From the NCBI GenBank assembly GCA_046563655.1, contig CM102289.1, positions 930,001 to 994,000 on the forward strand: a stretch of DNA of 64,000 nucleotides, in the 5' to 3' direction. The position numbers and the translations under genes were made by a program. The DNA is from Yuukianura sp. NJ FZ-2021. Taxonomy: Eukaryota. The notes below the pieces were generated by a model. The model was given only the letters and a program-made list of their open reading frames with translations. It had not been told where the DNA came from and made no database searches. Below, piece after piece: positions 1-12,080 of this stretch. Within the stretch, counting starts at the first letter, position 1; each line of letters begins with the position of its first letter.

Positions 1-3000
1 GCTTGTGAAAGCCCATCTGAAGTGTTCCAAGCTCAATTTTTCTCCGAAAAATCCATTTTTTTCATTTATAACTCACCAAAAAGTCATTCTGGGCTATCTG
101 AGGAGTCAAAATTGCAAACCGAGATTATGCTTGTGAAAGCCCATCTGAAGTGTTCCAAGCTCAATTTTTCTCCGAAAAATCCATTTTTTTCATTTATAAC
201 TCACCAAAAAGTCATTCTGGGCTATCTGAGATGTCAAAATTGCAAACCGAGATTATGCTTGTGAAAGCCCATCTGAAGTGTTCCAAGCTCAATTTTTCTC
301 CGAAAAATCCATTTTTTTCATTTATAACTCACCAAAAAGTCATTCTGGGCTATCTGAGATGTCAAAATTGCAAACCGAAATTATGCTTGTGAAAGCCCAT
401 CTGAAGTGTTCCAAGCTCAATTTTTCACCAAAAAATATTTTTTTTCATTAAATACTCCTCAAAAAGTCATTCTGGGCTATCTGAGATGTCAAAATTGTAA
501 ACCGAGATTATGCTTGTGAAAGCCCATCTGAAGTGTTCCAAGCTCAATTTTTCACCAAAAAATATTTTTTTCATTTATAACTCCTCAAAAAGTCATTCTG
601 GGCTATCTGAGATGTCAAAATTGCAAACCGAGATTATGCTTGTGAAAGCCCATCTGAAGTGTTCCAAGCTCAATTTTTCACCAAAAAATATTTTTTTCAT
701 TAAATACTCCTCAAAAAGTCATTCTGGGCTATCTGAGGAGTCAAAATTGCAAACCGAGATTATGCTTGTGAAAGCCCATCTGAAGTGTTCCAAGCTCAAT
801 TTTTCTCCGAAAAATCCATTTTTTTCATTTATAACTCACCAAAAAGTCATTCTGGGCTATCTGAGGAGTCAAAATTGCAAACCGAGATTATGCTTGTGAA
901 AGCCCATCTGAAGTGTTCCAAGCTCAATTTTTCTCCGAAAAATCCATTTTTTTCATTTATAACTCACCAAAAAGTCATTCTGGGCTATCTGAGATGTCAA
1001 AATTGCAAACCGAAATTATGCTTGTGAAAGCCCATCTGAAGTGTTCCAAGCTCAATTTTTCACCAAAAAATTATTTTTTTCATTAAATACTCCTCAAAAA
1101 GTCATTCTGGGCTATCTGAGATGTCAAAATTGCAAACCGAGATTATGCTTGTGAAAGCCCATCTGAAGTGTTCCAAGCTCAATTTTTCACCAAAAGATTA
1201 TTTTTTTCATTAAATACTCCTCAAAAAGTCATTCTGGGCTATCTGAGATGTCAAAATTGCAAACCGAGATTATGCTTGTGAAAGCCCATCTGAAGTGTTC
1301 CAAGCTCAATTTTTCACCAAAAAAATATTTTTTTCATTAAATACTCCTCAAAAAGTCATTCTGGGCTATCTGAGGAGTCAAAATTGCAAACCGAGATTAT
1401 GCTTGTGAAAGCCCATCTGAAGTGTTCAAGCTCAATTTTTCACCAAAAAAATATTTTTTTCATTAAATACTCCTCAAAAAGTCATTCTGGGCTATCTGAG
1501 GAGTCAAAATTGCAAACCGAGATTATGCTTGTGAAAGCCCATCTGAAGTGTTCCAAGCTCAATTTTTCTCCGAAAAATCCATTTTTTTCATTTATAACTC
1601 ACCAAAAAGTCATTCTGTGCTATCTGAGGAGTCAAAATTGCAAACCGAGATTATGCTTGTGAAAGCCCATCTGAAGTGTTCCAAGCTCAATTTTTCTCCG
1701 AAAAATCCATTTTTTTTCATTTATAACTCACCAAAAAGTCATTCTGGGCTATCTGAGGTGTCAAAATTGCAAACCGAAATTATGCTTCTGAAAGCCCATC
1801 TGAAGTGTTCCAAGCTCAATTTTTCACCAAAAGATTATTTTTTTCATTAAATACTCCTCAAAAAGTCATTCTGGGCTATCTGAGATGTCAAAATTGCAAA
1901 CCGAGATTATGCTTGTGAAAGCCCATCTGAAGTGTTCCAAGCTCAATTTTTCACCAAAAGATTATTTTTTTCATTAAATACTCCTCAAAAAGTCATTCTG
2001 GGCTATCTGAGATGTCAAAATTGCAAACCGAGGTTATGCTTGTGAAAGCCCATCTGAAGTGTTCCAAGCTCAATTTTTCTCCGAAAAATCCATTTTTTTC
2101 ATTTATAACTCACCAAAAAGTCATTCTGTGCTGAGGAGTCAAAATTGCAAACCGAAATTATGCTTCTGAAAACCCATCTGATGTGTTCCAAGCTCAATTT
2201 TTCACCAAAAGATTATTTTTTTCATTAAATACTCCTCAAAAAGTCATTCTGGGCTATCTGAGATGTCAAAATTGCAAACCGAGATTATGCTTGTGAAAGC
2301 CCATCTGAAGTGTTCCAAGCTCAATTTTTCTCCGAAAAATCCATTTTTTTCATTTATAACTCACCAAAAAGTCATTCTGGGCTATCTGAGATGTCAAAAT
2401 TGCAAACCGAAATTATGCTTCTGAAAGCCCATCTGAAGTGTTCCAAGCTCAATTTTTCACCAACAAAATATTTTTTTCATTAAATACTCCTCAAAAAGTC
2501 ATTCTGGGCTATCTGAGATGTCAAAATTGCAAACCGAGATTATGCTTGTGAAAGCCCATCTGAAGTGTTCCAAGCTCAATTTTTCACCAAAAAAATATTT
2601 TTTTCATTAAATACTCCTCAAAAAGTCATTCTGGGCTATGTGAGGAGTCAAAATTGCAAACCGAGAATATGCTTGTGAAAGCCCATCTGAAGAGTTCCAA
2701 GCTCAATTTTTCTCCGAAAAATCCATTTTTTTCATTTATAACTCACCAAAAAGTCATTCTGGGCTATCTGAGGAGTCAAAATTGTAAACCGAGATTATGC
2801 TTGTGAAAGCCCATCTGAAGTGTTCCAAGCTCAATTTTTCTCCGAAAAATCCATTTTTTTCATTTATAACTCACCAAAAAGTCATTCTGGGCTATCTGAG
2901 ATGTCAAAATTGCAAACCGAGATTATGCTTCTGAAAGCCCATCTGACGTGTTCCAAGCTCAATTTTTCTCCGAAAAATCCATTTTTTTCATTTATAACTC

Positions 3001-6000
3001 ACCAAAAAGTCATTCTGGGCTATCTGAGATGTCAAAATTGCAAACCGAAATTATGCTTCTGAAAGCCCATCTGAAGTGTTCCAAGCTCAATTTTTCACCA
3101 ACAAAATATTTTTTTCATTAAATACTCCTCAAAAAGTCATTCTGGGCTATCTGAGATGTCAAAATTGCAAACCGAGATTATGCTTGTGAAAGCCCATCTG
3201 AAGTGTTCCAAGCTTAATTTTTCACCAAAAAAATATTTTTTTCATTAAATACTCCTCAAAAAGTCATTCTGGGCTATCTGAGGAGTCAAAATTGCAAACC
3301 GAGATTATGCTTGTGAAAGCCCATCTGAAGTGTTCAAGCTCAATTTTTCACCAAAAAAATATTTTTTTCATTAAATACTCCTCAAAAAGTCATTCTGGGC
3401 TATCTGAGGAGTCAAAATTGCAAACCGAGATTATGCTTGTGAAAGCCCATCTGAAGTGTTCCAAGCTCAATTTTTCTCCGAAAAATCCATTTTTTTCATT
3501 TATAACTCACCAAAAAGTCATTCTGTGCTAGCTGAGGAGTCAAAATTGCAAACCGAGATTATGCTTGTGAAAGCCCATCTGAAGTGTTCCAAGCTCAATT
3601 TTTCTCCGAAAAATCCATTTTTTTTCATTTATAACTCACCAAAAAGTCATTCTGGGCTATCTGAGGTGTCAAAATTGCAAACCGAAATTATGCTTCTGAA
3701 AGCCCATCTGAAGTGTTCCAAGCTCAATTTTTCACCAAAAGATTATTTTTTTCATTAAATACTCCTCAAAAAGTCATTCTGGGCTATCTGAGATGTCAAA
3801 ATTGCAAACCGAGATTATGCTTGTGAAAGCCCATCTGAAGTGTTCCAAGCTCAATTTTTCACCAAAAGATTATTTTTTTCATTAAATACTCCTCAAAAAG
3901 TCATTCTGGGCTATCTGAGATGTCAAAATTGCAAACCGAGGTTATGCTTGTGAAAGCCCATCTGAAGTGTTCCAAGCTCAATTTTTCTCCGAAAAATCCA
4001 TTTTTTTCATTTATAACTCACCAAAAAGTCATTCTGTGCTGAGGAGTCAAAATTGCAAACCGAAATTATGCTTCTGAAAACCCATCTGACGTGTTCCAAG
4101 CTCAATTTTTCACCAAAAAATTATTTTTTTCATTAAATACTCCTCAAAAAGTCATTCTGGGCTATCTGAGATGTCAAAATTGCAAACCGAGGTTATGCTT
4201 GTGAAAGCCCATCTGAAGTGTTCCAAGCTCAATTTTTCTCCGAAAAATCCATTTTTTTCATTTATAACTCACCAAAAAGTCATTCTGTGCTGAGGAGTCA
4301 AAATTGCAAACCGAAATTATGCTTCTGAAAACCCATCTGACGTGTTCCAAGCTCAATTTTTCACCAAAAAATTATTTTTTTCATTAAATACTCCTCAAAA
4401 AGTCATTCTGGGCTATCTGAGATGTCAAAATTGCAAACCGAGATTATGCTTGTGAAAGCCCATCTGAAGTGTTCCAAGCTCAATTTTTCACCAAAAGATT
4501 ATTTTTTTCATTAAATACTCCTCAAAAAGTCATTCTGGGCTATCTGAGATGTCAAAATTGCAAACCGAGATTATGCTTGTGAAAGCCCATCTGAAGTGTT
4601 CCAAGCTCAATTTTTCACCAAAAGATTATTTTTTTCATTAAATACTCCTCAAAAAGTCATTCTGGGCTATCTGAGATGTCAAAATTGCAAACCGAGGTTA
4701 TGCTTGTGAAAGCCCATCTGAAGTGTTCCAAGCTCAATTTTTCTCCGAAAAATCCATTTTTTTCATTTATAACTCACCAAAAAGTCATTCTGTGCTGAGG
4801 AGTCAAAATTGCAAACCGAAATTATGCTTCTGAAAACCCATCTGACGTGTTCCAAGCTCAATTTTTCACCAAAAAATTATTTTTTTCATTAAATACTCCT
4901 CAAAAAGTCATTCTGGGCTATCTGAGATGTCAAAATTGCAAACCGAGGTTATGCTTGTGAAAGCCCATCTGAAGTGTTCCAAGCTCAATTTTTCTCCGAA
5001 AAATCCATTTTTTTCATTTATAACTCACCAAAAAGTCATTCTGTGCTGAGGAGTCAAAATTGCAAACCGAAATTATGCTTCTGAAAACCCATCTGACGTG
5101 TTCCAAGCTCAATTTTTCACCAAAAAATTATTTTTTTCATTAAATACTCCTCAAAAAGTCATTCTGGGCTATCTGAGATGTCAAAATTGCAAACCGAGAT
5201 TATGCTTGTGAAAGCCCATCTGAAGTGTTCCAAGCTCAATTTTTCACCAAAAGATTATTTTTTTCATTAAATACTCCTCAAAAAGTCATTCTGGGCTATC
5301 TGAGATGTCAAAATTGCAAACCGAGATTATGCTTGTGAAAGCCCATCTGAAGTGTTCCAAGCTCAATTTTTCACCAAAAGATTATTTTTTTCATTAAATA
5401 CTCCTCAAAAAGTCATTCTGGGCTATCTGAGATGTCAAAATTGCAAACCGAGATTATGCTTGTGAAAGCCCATCTGAAGTGTTCCAAGCTCAATTTTTCT
5501 CCGAAAAATCCATTTTTTTCATTTATAACTCACCAAAAAGTCATTCTGTGCTGAGGAGTCAAAATTGCAAACCGAAATTATGCTTCTGAAAACCCATCTG
5601 ACGTGTTCCAAGCTCAATTTTTCACCAAAAAATTATTTTTTTCATTAAATACTCCTCAAAAAGTCATTCTGGGCTATCTGAGATGTCAAAATTGCAAACC
5701 GAGGTTATGCTTGTGAAAGCCCATCTGAAGTGTTCCAAGCTCAATTTTTCTCCGAAAAATCCATTTTTTTCATTTATAACTCACCAAAAAGTCATTCTGT
5801 GCTGAGGAGTCAAAATTGCAAACCGAAATTATGCTTCTGAAAACCCATCTGACGTGTTCCAAGCTCAATTTTTCACCAAAAAATTATTTTTTTCATTAAA
5901 TACTCCTCAAAAAGTCATTCTGGGCTATCTGAGATGTCAAAATTGCAAACCGAGATTATGCTTGTGAAAGCCCATCTGAAGTGTTCCAAGCTCAATTTTT

Positions 6001-6077
6001 CATCAAAAAATTATTTTTTTCATTAAATGCTTTTCAAAAAGTCATTCTGGGCAATCTGAGATGTCAAAATTGCAAAC

Positions 6078-6582
6078 GAAGATTCATCTAAGAGACAATG
6101 TTGTCATGCTACGAGATAGTGCTGTCATGTTAAGAGATAGTGCTGTCATGTTAAAAGATAGTGCTGTCATGTTAAGAGATAGTGCTGTCATGTTAAAAGA
6201 TAGTGCTGTCATGCTAAGAAATAGTGTTGTCATATCAAAAGATAGTGCTGTCATGCTTCGAGATAGGGTTGTCATGTTAAAAGATACTGCTGTCATACTA
6301 CGGGGTAGTGTAGTCATGCTAGGAGATAGGGCTAACATGTAAAGAATTAATGTAATGATGTTATAATAATCATAATAGGGATACCCATCGCATTTTGTAA
6401 CAACTAAATCATAGTAACAATTAATCACATTAAAATTTAGACATAATATAATTATCGAATTACTTCTAAAATCAAACATAGTAACTAGTAGTAGAATAAT
6501 GTATCTTTACTTAATACTTGTAGTTTATTTTGAAAAACCTATCTTGAATGGGAAAAATAAACCAATAATAATAAAAAAAAAA
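6078..6582. repeat. ~505-bp insert in the satellite (copy 1): 21-bp minisatellite (~12 units, 6090-6340), then AT-rich sequence ending in a (taa)n/A tail
   Basis: Interrupts the monomer at tgcaaac|cgagatt. Unit is approximately gtcatgctaagagatagtgct. Ends aataataataaaaaaaaaa. Confidence 0.9.
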
Positions 6583-7728
6583 CCGAGATTATGCTTGTGA
6601 AAGCCCATCTGAAGTGTTCCAAGCTCAATTTTTCACCAAAAAATTATTTTTTTCATTAAATACTCCTCAAAAAGTCATTCTGGGCTATCTGAGGAGTCAA
6701 AATTGCAAACCGAGATTATGCTTGTGAAAGCCCATCTGAAGTGTTCCAAGCTCAATTTTTCACAAAAAAATATTTTTGTTCATTAAATACTCCTCAAAAA
6801 GCCATTCTGGGCTATCTGAGATGTCAAAATTGCAAACCGAAATTATGCTTGTGAAAGCCCATCTGAAGTGTTCCAAGCTCAATTTGTCACCAAAAAATTA
6901 TTTTTTTCATTAAATACTCCTCAAAAAGTCATTCTGGGCTATCTGAGATGTCAAAATTGCAAACCGAGATTATGCTTGTGAAAGCCCATCTGAAGTGTTC
7001 CAAGCTCAATTTTTCACCAAAAAATTATTTTTTTCATTAAATACTCCTCAAAATGTCATTCTGGGCTATCTGAGATGTCAAAATTGCAAACCGAAATTAT
7101 GCTTCTGAAAGCCCATCTGAAGTGTTCCAAGCTCAATTTTTCACCAACAAAATATTTTTTTCATTAAATACTCCTCAAAAAGTCATTCTGGGCTATCTGA
7201 GATGTCAAAATTGCAAACCGAGATTATGCTTGTGAAAGCCCATCTGAAGTGTTCCAAGCTCAATTTTTCTCCGAAAAATCCATTTTTTTCATTTATAACT
7301 CACCAAAAAGTCATTCTGGGCTATCTGAGGAGTCAAAATTGCAAACCGAGGTTATGCTTGTGAAAGCCCATCTGAAGTGTTCCAAGCTCAATTTTTCTCC
7401 GAAAAATCCATTTGTTTCATTTATAACTCACCAAAAAGTCATTCTGGGCTATCTGAGGAGTCAAAATTGCAAACTGAGATTATGCTTGAGAAAGCCCATC
7501 TGAAGTGTTCCAAGCTCAATTTTTCACCAAAAAATTATTTTTTTCATTAAATACTCCTCAAAAAGCCATTCTGGGCTATCTGAGATGTCAAAATTGCAAA
7601 CCGAGATTATGCTTGTGAAAGCCCATCTGAAGTGTTCCAAGCTCAATTTTTCACCAAAAAATTATTTTTTTCATTAAATGCTTTTCAAAAAGTCATTCTG
7701 GGCAATCTGAGATGTCAAAATTGCAAAC

Positions 7729-8228
7729 GAAGATTCATCTAAGAGACAATGTTGTCATGCTACGAGATAGTGCTGTCATGATAAGAAATAGTGTTGTCAT
7801 ATTAAAAGATAATGCTGTCATGCTTCGAGATAGTGTTGTCATGTTAAAAGATAGTGCTGTCATGCTAAGAAATAGTGTTGTCATATTAAAAGATAGTGCT
7901 GTCATGCTTCGAGATAGTGTTGTCACGTTAAAAGATACTGCCGTCATACTACGGGGTAGTGTAGTCATGCTAGGAGATAGGGCTAACATGTAAAGAATTA
8001 ATGTAATGATGTTATAATAATCATAATAGGGATACCCATCGCATTTTGTAACAACTAAATCATAGTAACAATTAATCACATTAAAATTTAGACATAATAG
8101 AATTATCGAATTACTTCTAAAATCAAACATAGTAACTAGTAGTAGAATAATGTATCTTAACATAATACCTGTAGTTTATTTTGAAAAACCTATCTTGAAT
8201 GGGAAAAATAAACTAATAATAATAATAA
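7729..8228. repeat. ~500-bp insert in the satellite (copy 2), same minisatellite and tail
   Basis: Same junction, same preceding variant monomer (aaatgcttttcaaaaagtcattctgggcaatctgag), offset 1651 bp from copy 1. Ends taataataataataa. Confidence 0.9.
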
Positions 8229-9988
8229 CCGAAATTATGGTTGTGAAAGCCCATCTGAAGTGTTCCAAGCTCAATTTTTCACCAAAAAATTATTTTTTTC
8301 ATTAAATACTCCTCAAAAAGTCATTCTGGGCTATCTGAGGAGTCAAAATTGCAAGCCGAGATTATGCTTGTGAAAGCCCATCTGAAGTGTTCCAAGCTCA
8401 ATTTTTCACCAAAAGATTATTTTTTTCATTAAATACTCATCAAAAAGCCATTCTGGGCTATCTGAGATGTCAAAATTGCAAACCGAAATTATGCTTGTGA
8501 AAGCCCATCTGAAGTGTTCCAAGCTCAATTTGTCACCAAAAAATTATTTTTTTCATTAAATACTCCTCAAAAAGCCATTCTGGGCTATCTGAGATGTCAA
8601 AATTGCAAACCGAGATTATGCTTGTGAAAGCCCATCTGAAGTGTTCCAAGCTCAATGTTTCACCAAAAAATTATTTTTTTCATTAAATACTCCTCAAAAA
8701 GTCATTCTGGGCTATCTGAGATGTCAAAATTGCAAACCGAGATTATGCTTGTGAAAGCCCATCTGAAGTGTTCCAAGCTCAATGTTTCACCAAAAATTTA
8801 TTTTTTTCATTAAATACTCCTCAAAAAGTCATTCTGGGCTATCTGAGATGTCAAAATTGCAAACCGAGATTATGCTTGTGAAAGCCCATCTGAAGTGTTC
8901 CAAGCTCAATGTTTCACCAAAAAATTATTTTTTTCATTAAATACTCCTCAAAAAGTCATTCTGGGCTATCTCAGATGTCAAAATTGCAAACCGACATTAT
9001 GCTTGTGAAAGCCCATCTGAAGTGTTCCAAGCTCAATGTTTCACCAAAAATTTATTTTTTTCATTAAATACTCCTCAAAAAGTCATTCTGGGCTATCTCA
9101 GATGTCAAAATTGCAAACCGAGATTATGCTTGTGAAAGCCCATCTGAAGTGTTCCAAGCTCAATTTTTCACCAAAAAATTATTTTTTTCATTAAATACTC
9201 CTCAAAAAGTCATTCTGGGCTATCTGAGATGTCAAAATTGCAAACCGACATTATGCTTGTGAAAGCCCATCTGAAGTGTTCCAAGCTCAATGTTTCACCA
9301 AAAAATTATTTTTTTCATTAAATACTCCTCAAAAAGTCATTCTGGGCTATCTCAGATGTCAAAATTGCAAACCGACATTATGCTTGTGAAAGCCCATCTG
9401 AAGTGTTCCAAGCTCAATTTTTCACCAAAAAATTATTTCTTTTCATTAAATACTCCTCAAAAAGTCATTCTGGGCTATCTGAGATGTCAAAATTGCAAAC
9501 CGAGATTATGCTTGTGAAAGCCCATCTGAAGTGTTCCAAGCTCAATTTTTCACCAAAAAATTATTTTTTTTCATTAAATACTCCTCAAAAAGTCATTCTG
9601 GGCTATCTGAGATGTCAAAATTGCAAACCGAGATTATGCTTGTGAAAGCCCATCTGAAGTGTTCCAAGCTCAATTTTTCTCCGAAAAATCCATTTTTTTC
9701 ATTTACAACTCACCAAAAAGTCATTCTGGGCTATCTGAGGAGTCAAAATTGCAAACCGAGAATATGCTTGTGAAAGCCCATCTGAAGTGTTCCAAGCTCA
9801 ATTTTTCACCAAAAAAATATTTTTTTCATTAAATACTCCATCAAATCCATCATTTTTGAAAGATATAAAGTTTTCCACTTTTTTCTTGTTTTATCTGAAA
9901 AATTTGTTTCTGAAAAATTGGAAAACCAGAAAACAAGATTTTTGCGTCTATATTTAATTGCGGAATATGTGAAAATCTTTCTGTGTTT

Positions 9989-10294
9989 ATTAGGGAGTTT
10001 GCGTTTTAAATCATTTGCCGATAGTATAATCCATCAGTATAGAATTTATAGAAAGTATAGAATTTAGCAAGTTCCGCCTCTTTTCACCCGTTACGGCTTT
10101 CGCCATTGATTGATTTGAAATCTGTGACGTGTGACTTTCCAAACTTTTCTCATTTATGGAACTTATGAGTGGTGTATTGTGTTCATAAATATTATAAATC
10201 TCAGATGGTTGCAGAAAATCAGAAAAGTTTAAAAAGTGACGTCACACCGTAAATTCTACACTTTCTATAAATTATTTATAACGAAACTCCTAAT
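9989..10294. mobile_element. Possible degenerate MITE (imperfect inverted repeats)
   Basis: attagggagtttgcgtt pairs with aacgaaactcctaat. tatagaatttatagaaagtatagaattta (10038-10066) pairs with taaattctacactttctataaat (10251-10273). Confidence 0.4.
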
Positions 10295-10296
10295 TG

Positions 10297-11380
10297 TATT
10301 GAGGCAGAAGTGGTTGGATTGGTTGTGATGAAAACTAAAGCAGGCAAGGTTGCATGAGATCACGCCGAGCAGAAAAAATTCTCAACTAAGTGGCAAAGGA
10401 CTAATGTCAATTTTTAATATTTGGAATTTGGTATTTAGGTGGTACAAGAGGCTGGTTCCTTCATCATCCCGTTTCATGGCGTTCCATTCTGGGTACTCGT
10501 CCGGTTTTGGAATTGGAGAGGCCGTGAACTTTGCAGTAGACTCCGAGTGGACCAAATATGCGATGTTTGACACAAGACTAAATGACCTTACGGGGAGAAT
10601 ACGACCAAAATGATCTTTCCATGGATTGAAAAACCTCTTTCGCCGCAAGACTTATAAACTTTATAAGCGTGGACAATACAAATGCAAGGATCCAAATCAA
10701 CTTCCCTTCGAACCTGAAGCCATTCCGGTATCATCACATCCTACAAAAACTGGATTTCGGGAAAACGGTATTTGATTAATACTTACGATTAGTTTTTAAT
10801 AAACCGTCGTAAGCGCTATACTTAAGTAGCGAAAGGAAACTAGAGGAAACAACCCGGAAGTGGTGCACTTCCGGTCAAACTGGAAACGAATTTATCAACA
10901 TCAGACTATAAATCACATCTGTGAAGGCAAATTGAAAATCGGTCCAGTGTTTCCAGAGCTAACGTGACCACCAGACGGACAGACAGACTTGCGGGAAAAT
11001 ATCAAGCAGTTCATACTTTCGCTACTTAATAACTAATAATAACTTAATTATTAATAACTTTAATAATTATTTTATACGCTACGACAAAACAATTCATGTC
11101 GCATTTTTAACTGAAACAAAACGTGAAACACTTTTTGAAAATCACCTCCACTTCCCTTGAATTGGCGACTGACCTGCTAGGTAGCAAAAGTGCAACGTTA
11201 ATTTCGTTTTGTTTAAATTGTTTAGCGCTTCCTGTTTATCCGTGGCCAATTGGCTCGGAAAGTTTGAAGGATGGACTCGTCTTACGAAGATTTTTTGACA
11301 CGCCGGAAGAAATTTCTGGAGCACCAACTTCCTTGGAAAGCAATTACGTTGCTCCTCAGCTAAAGAAGAGAAAGTGCTAG
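10297..11380 (+). pseudogene. KDM4/KDM5-like JmjC histone demethylase 3' fragment, pseudogenised
   Basis: Exon from 10439 reads VVQEAGSFII, then after a frameshift AFHSGYSSGFGIGEAVNFAVDSEWTKYA. This matches the JmjC C-terminal motif QxAGEFxITFPxxYHxGFNxGFNxAE(A/S)(V/T)NF. In-frame TGA at 10611-10613. A phase-1 intron (10768-11225) joins to ALPVYP...LKKRKC* ending at 11380. Confidence 0.7.
10797..11032 (-). mobile_element. Short non-autonomous Helentron/DINE-1-like (HINE) element in the JmjC pseudogene intron
   Basis: Subterminal IR aagtagcgaaag / ctttcgctactt, core gaaaatcggtccagt...agacggacagacagac, and a left end taataaaccg shared with the copies at 23951 and 27556. Confidence 0.6.
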
Positions 11381-12080
11381 TAAGCACCAATCCTTTAAGA
11401 TTATATCGTTGTACACCAACCACAACTAATTCCAATCAATTTTTTAAATACTATCCTCAATATTTTGCGAATTTTTGGTAAATACCAAATGTTGAACTTT
11501 CACTCAACATTTGTACCACTTTTTCCGATATGGAAAGAAAATTGGAGTAAAAATTAGGAAAACAGCACGAATCTGTCACTTATTGCCCACAATTTAAAAA
11601 TTAACTGATAATAAAGGTCTTTTGTCTCATTTTCCGATTTAGTCATTCTTTTAGTTTTCTGTGCAGGACTATTAATTCGACTTTGTCTGTCTATCTGTCA
11701 CTATTTCATATACGAACACAAATGAAACTTTTTAATTTTATCCGAATTTTGTTACATCTCTTCTACATTGCTTGTTGCAAGCGTATTATTGGTAGTAAAA
11801 TTACGCATCAAATTATAAATATCCGACTACAGATGTATTGTCAACTTCGTAAATAAATATTAATATTTATTTATTTAAATTTGAATATTAAACCCTCAAA
11901 TATTTATTTTAAAATGGAGACCAATAATGTTTCACATCCCTGATGACGGATGGGATGAGACTGAGAGGTTTATAGTTGTGGAAGGTAGTCGTACAAGAAA
12001 CTATTCAAAGTAACAATTAACTTCCTAATACGACGATTGAACTTTAGTTGTCATTACTATATAGAAGTGGATGAATGAAG

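Larger units (their letters stand above)
1..9840. repeat. Satellite DNA array, 127/128-bp monomer, roughly 69 copies in three blocks (1-6077, 6583-7728, 8229-9840); open at the left window edge
   Basis: Near-identical tandem unit gcttgtgaaagcccatctgaagtgttccaagctcaatttt...aaaaagtcattctgggctatctgag(at/ga)gtcaaaattgcaaaccgagattat. Two main variants: A (ctccgaaaaatcc...ttataactcacc) and B (caccaaaaaatta...taaatactcctc). Confidence 0.98.

Noticed and set aside
6061..6479. Heptad-repeat proteins MLRDSAV / MTALSFN (also 7712-8163)
   Set aside because: Open frames are explained by a 21-bp minisatellite. There is no splice or promoter evidence, so they were not called as CDS.
22..9773. Repeated 75-129 aa ORFs (MFQAQFFSEK..., MLVKAHLKC...)
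   Set aside because: By-products of the 127/128-bp satellite: the period is not a multiple of 3 and the frames break at homopolymer indels.
1..9840. CRISPR-like array
   Set aside because: No unique spacers and no cas genes; the context is eukaryotic and intron-containing.
10080..10190. Possible upstream JmjC motif (TAFA...E..D...NF.H)
   Set aside because: Multiple stops and frameshifts, and it lies inside a putative MITE. The similarity may be chance.
10822..11029. TTAA-flanked element with 10-bp TIRs (piggyBac/Kolobok-like)
   Set aside because: Homology to the other HINE copies extends outside the TTAA, so the IRs are better read as subterminal.
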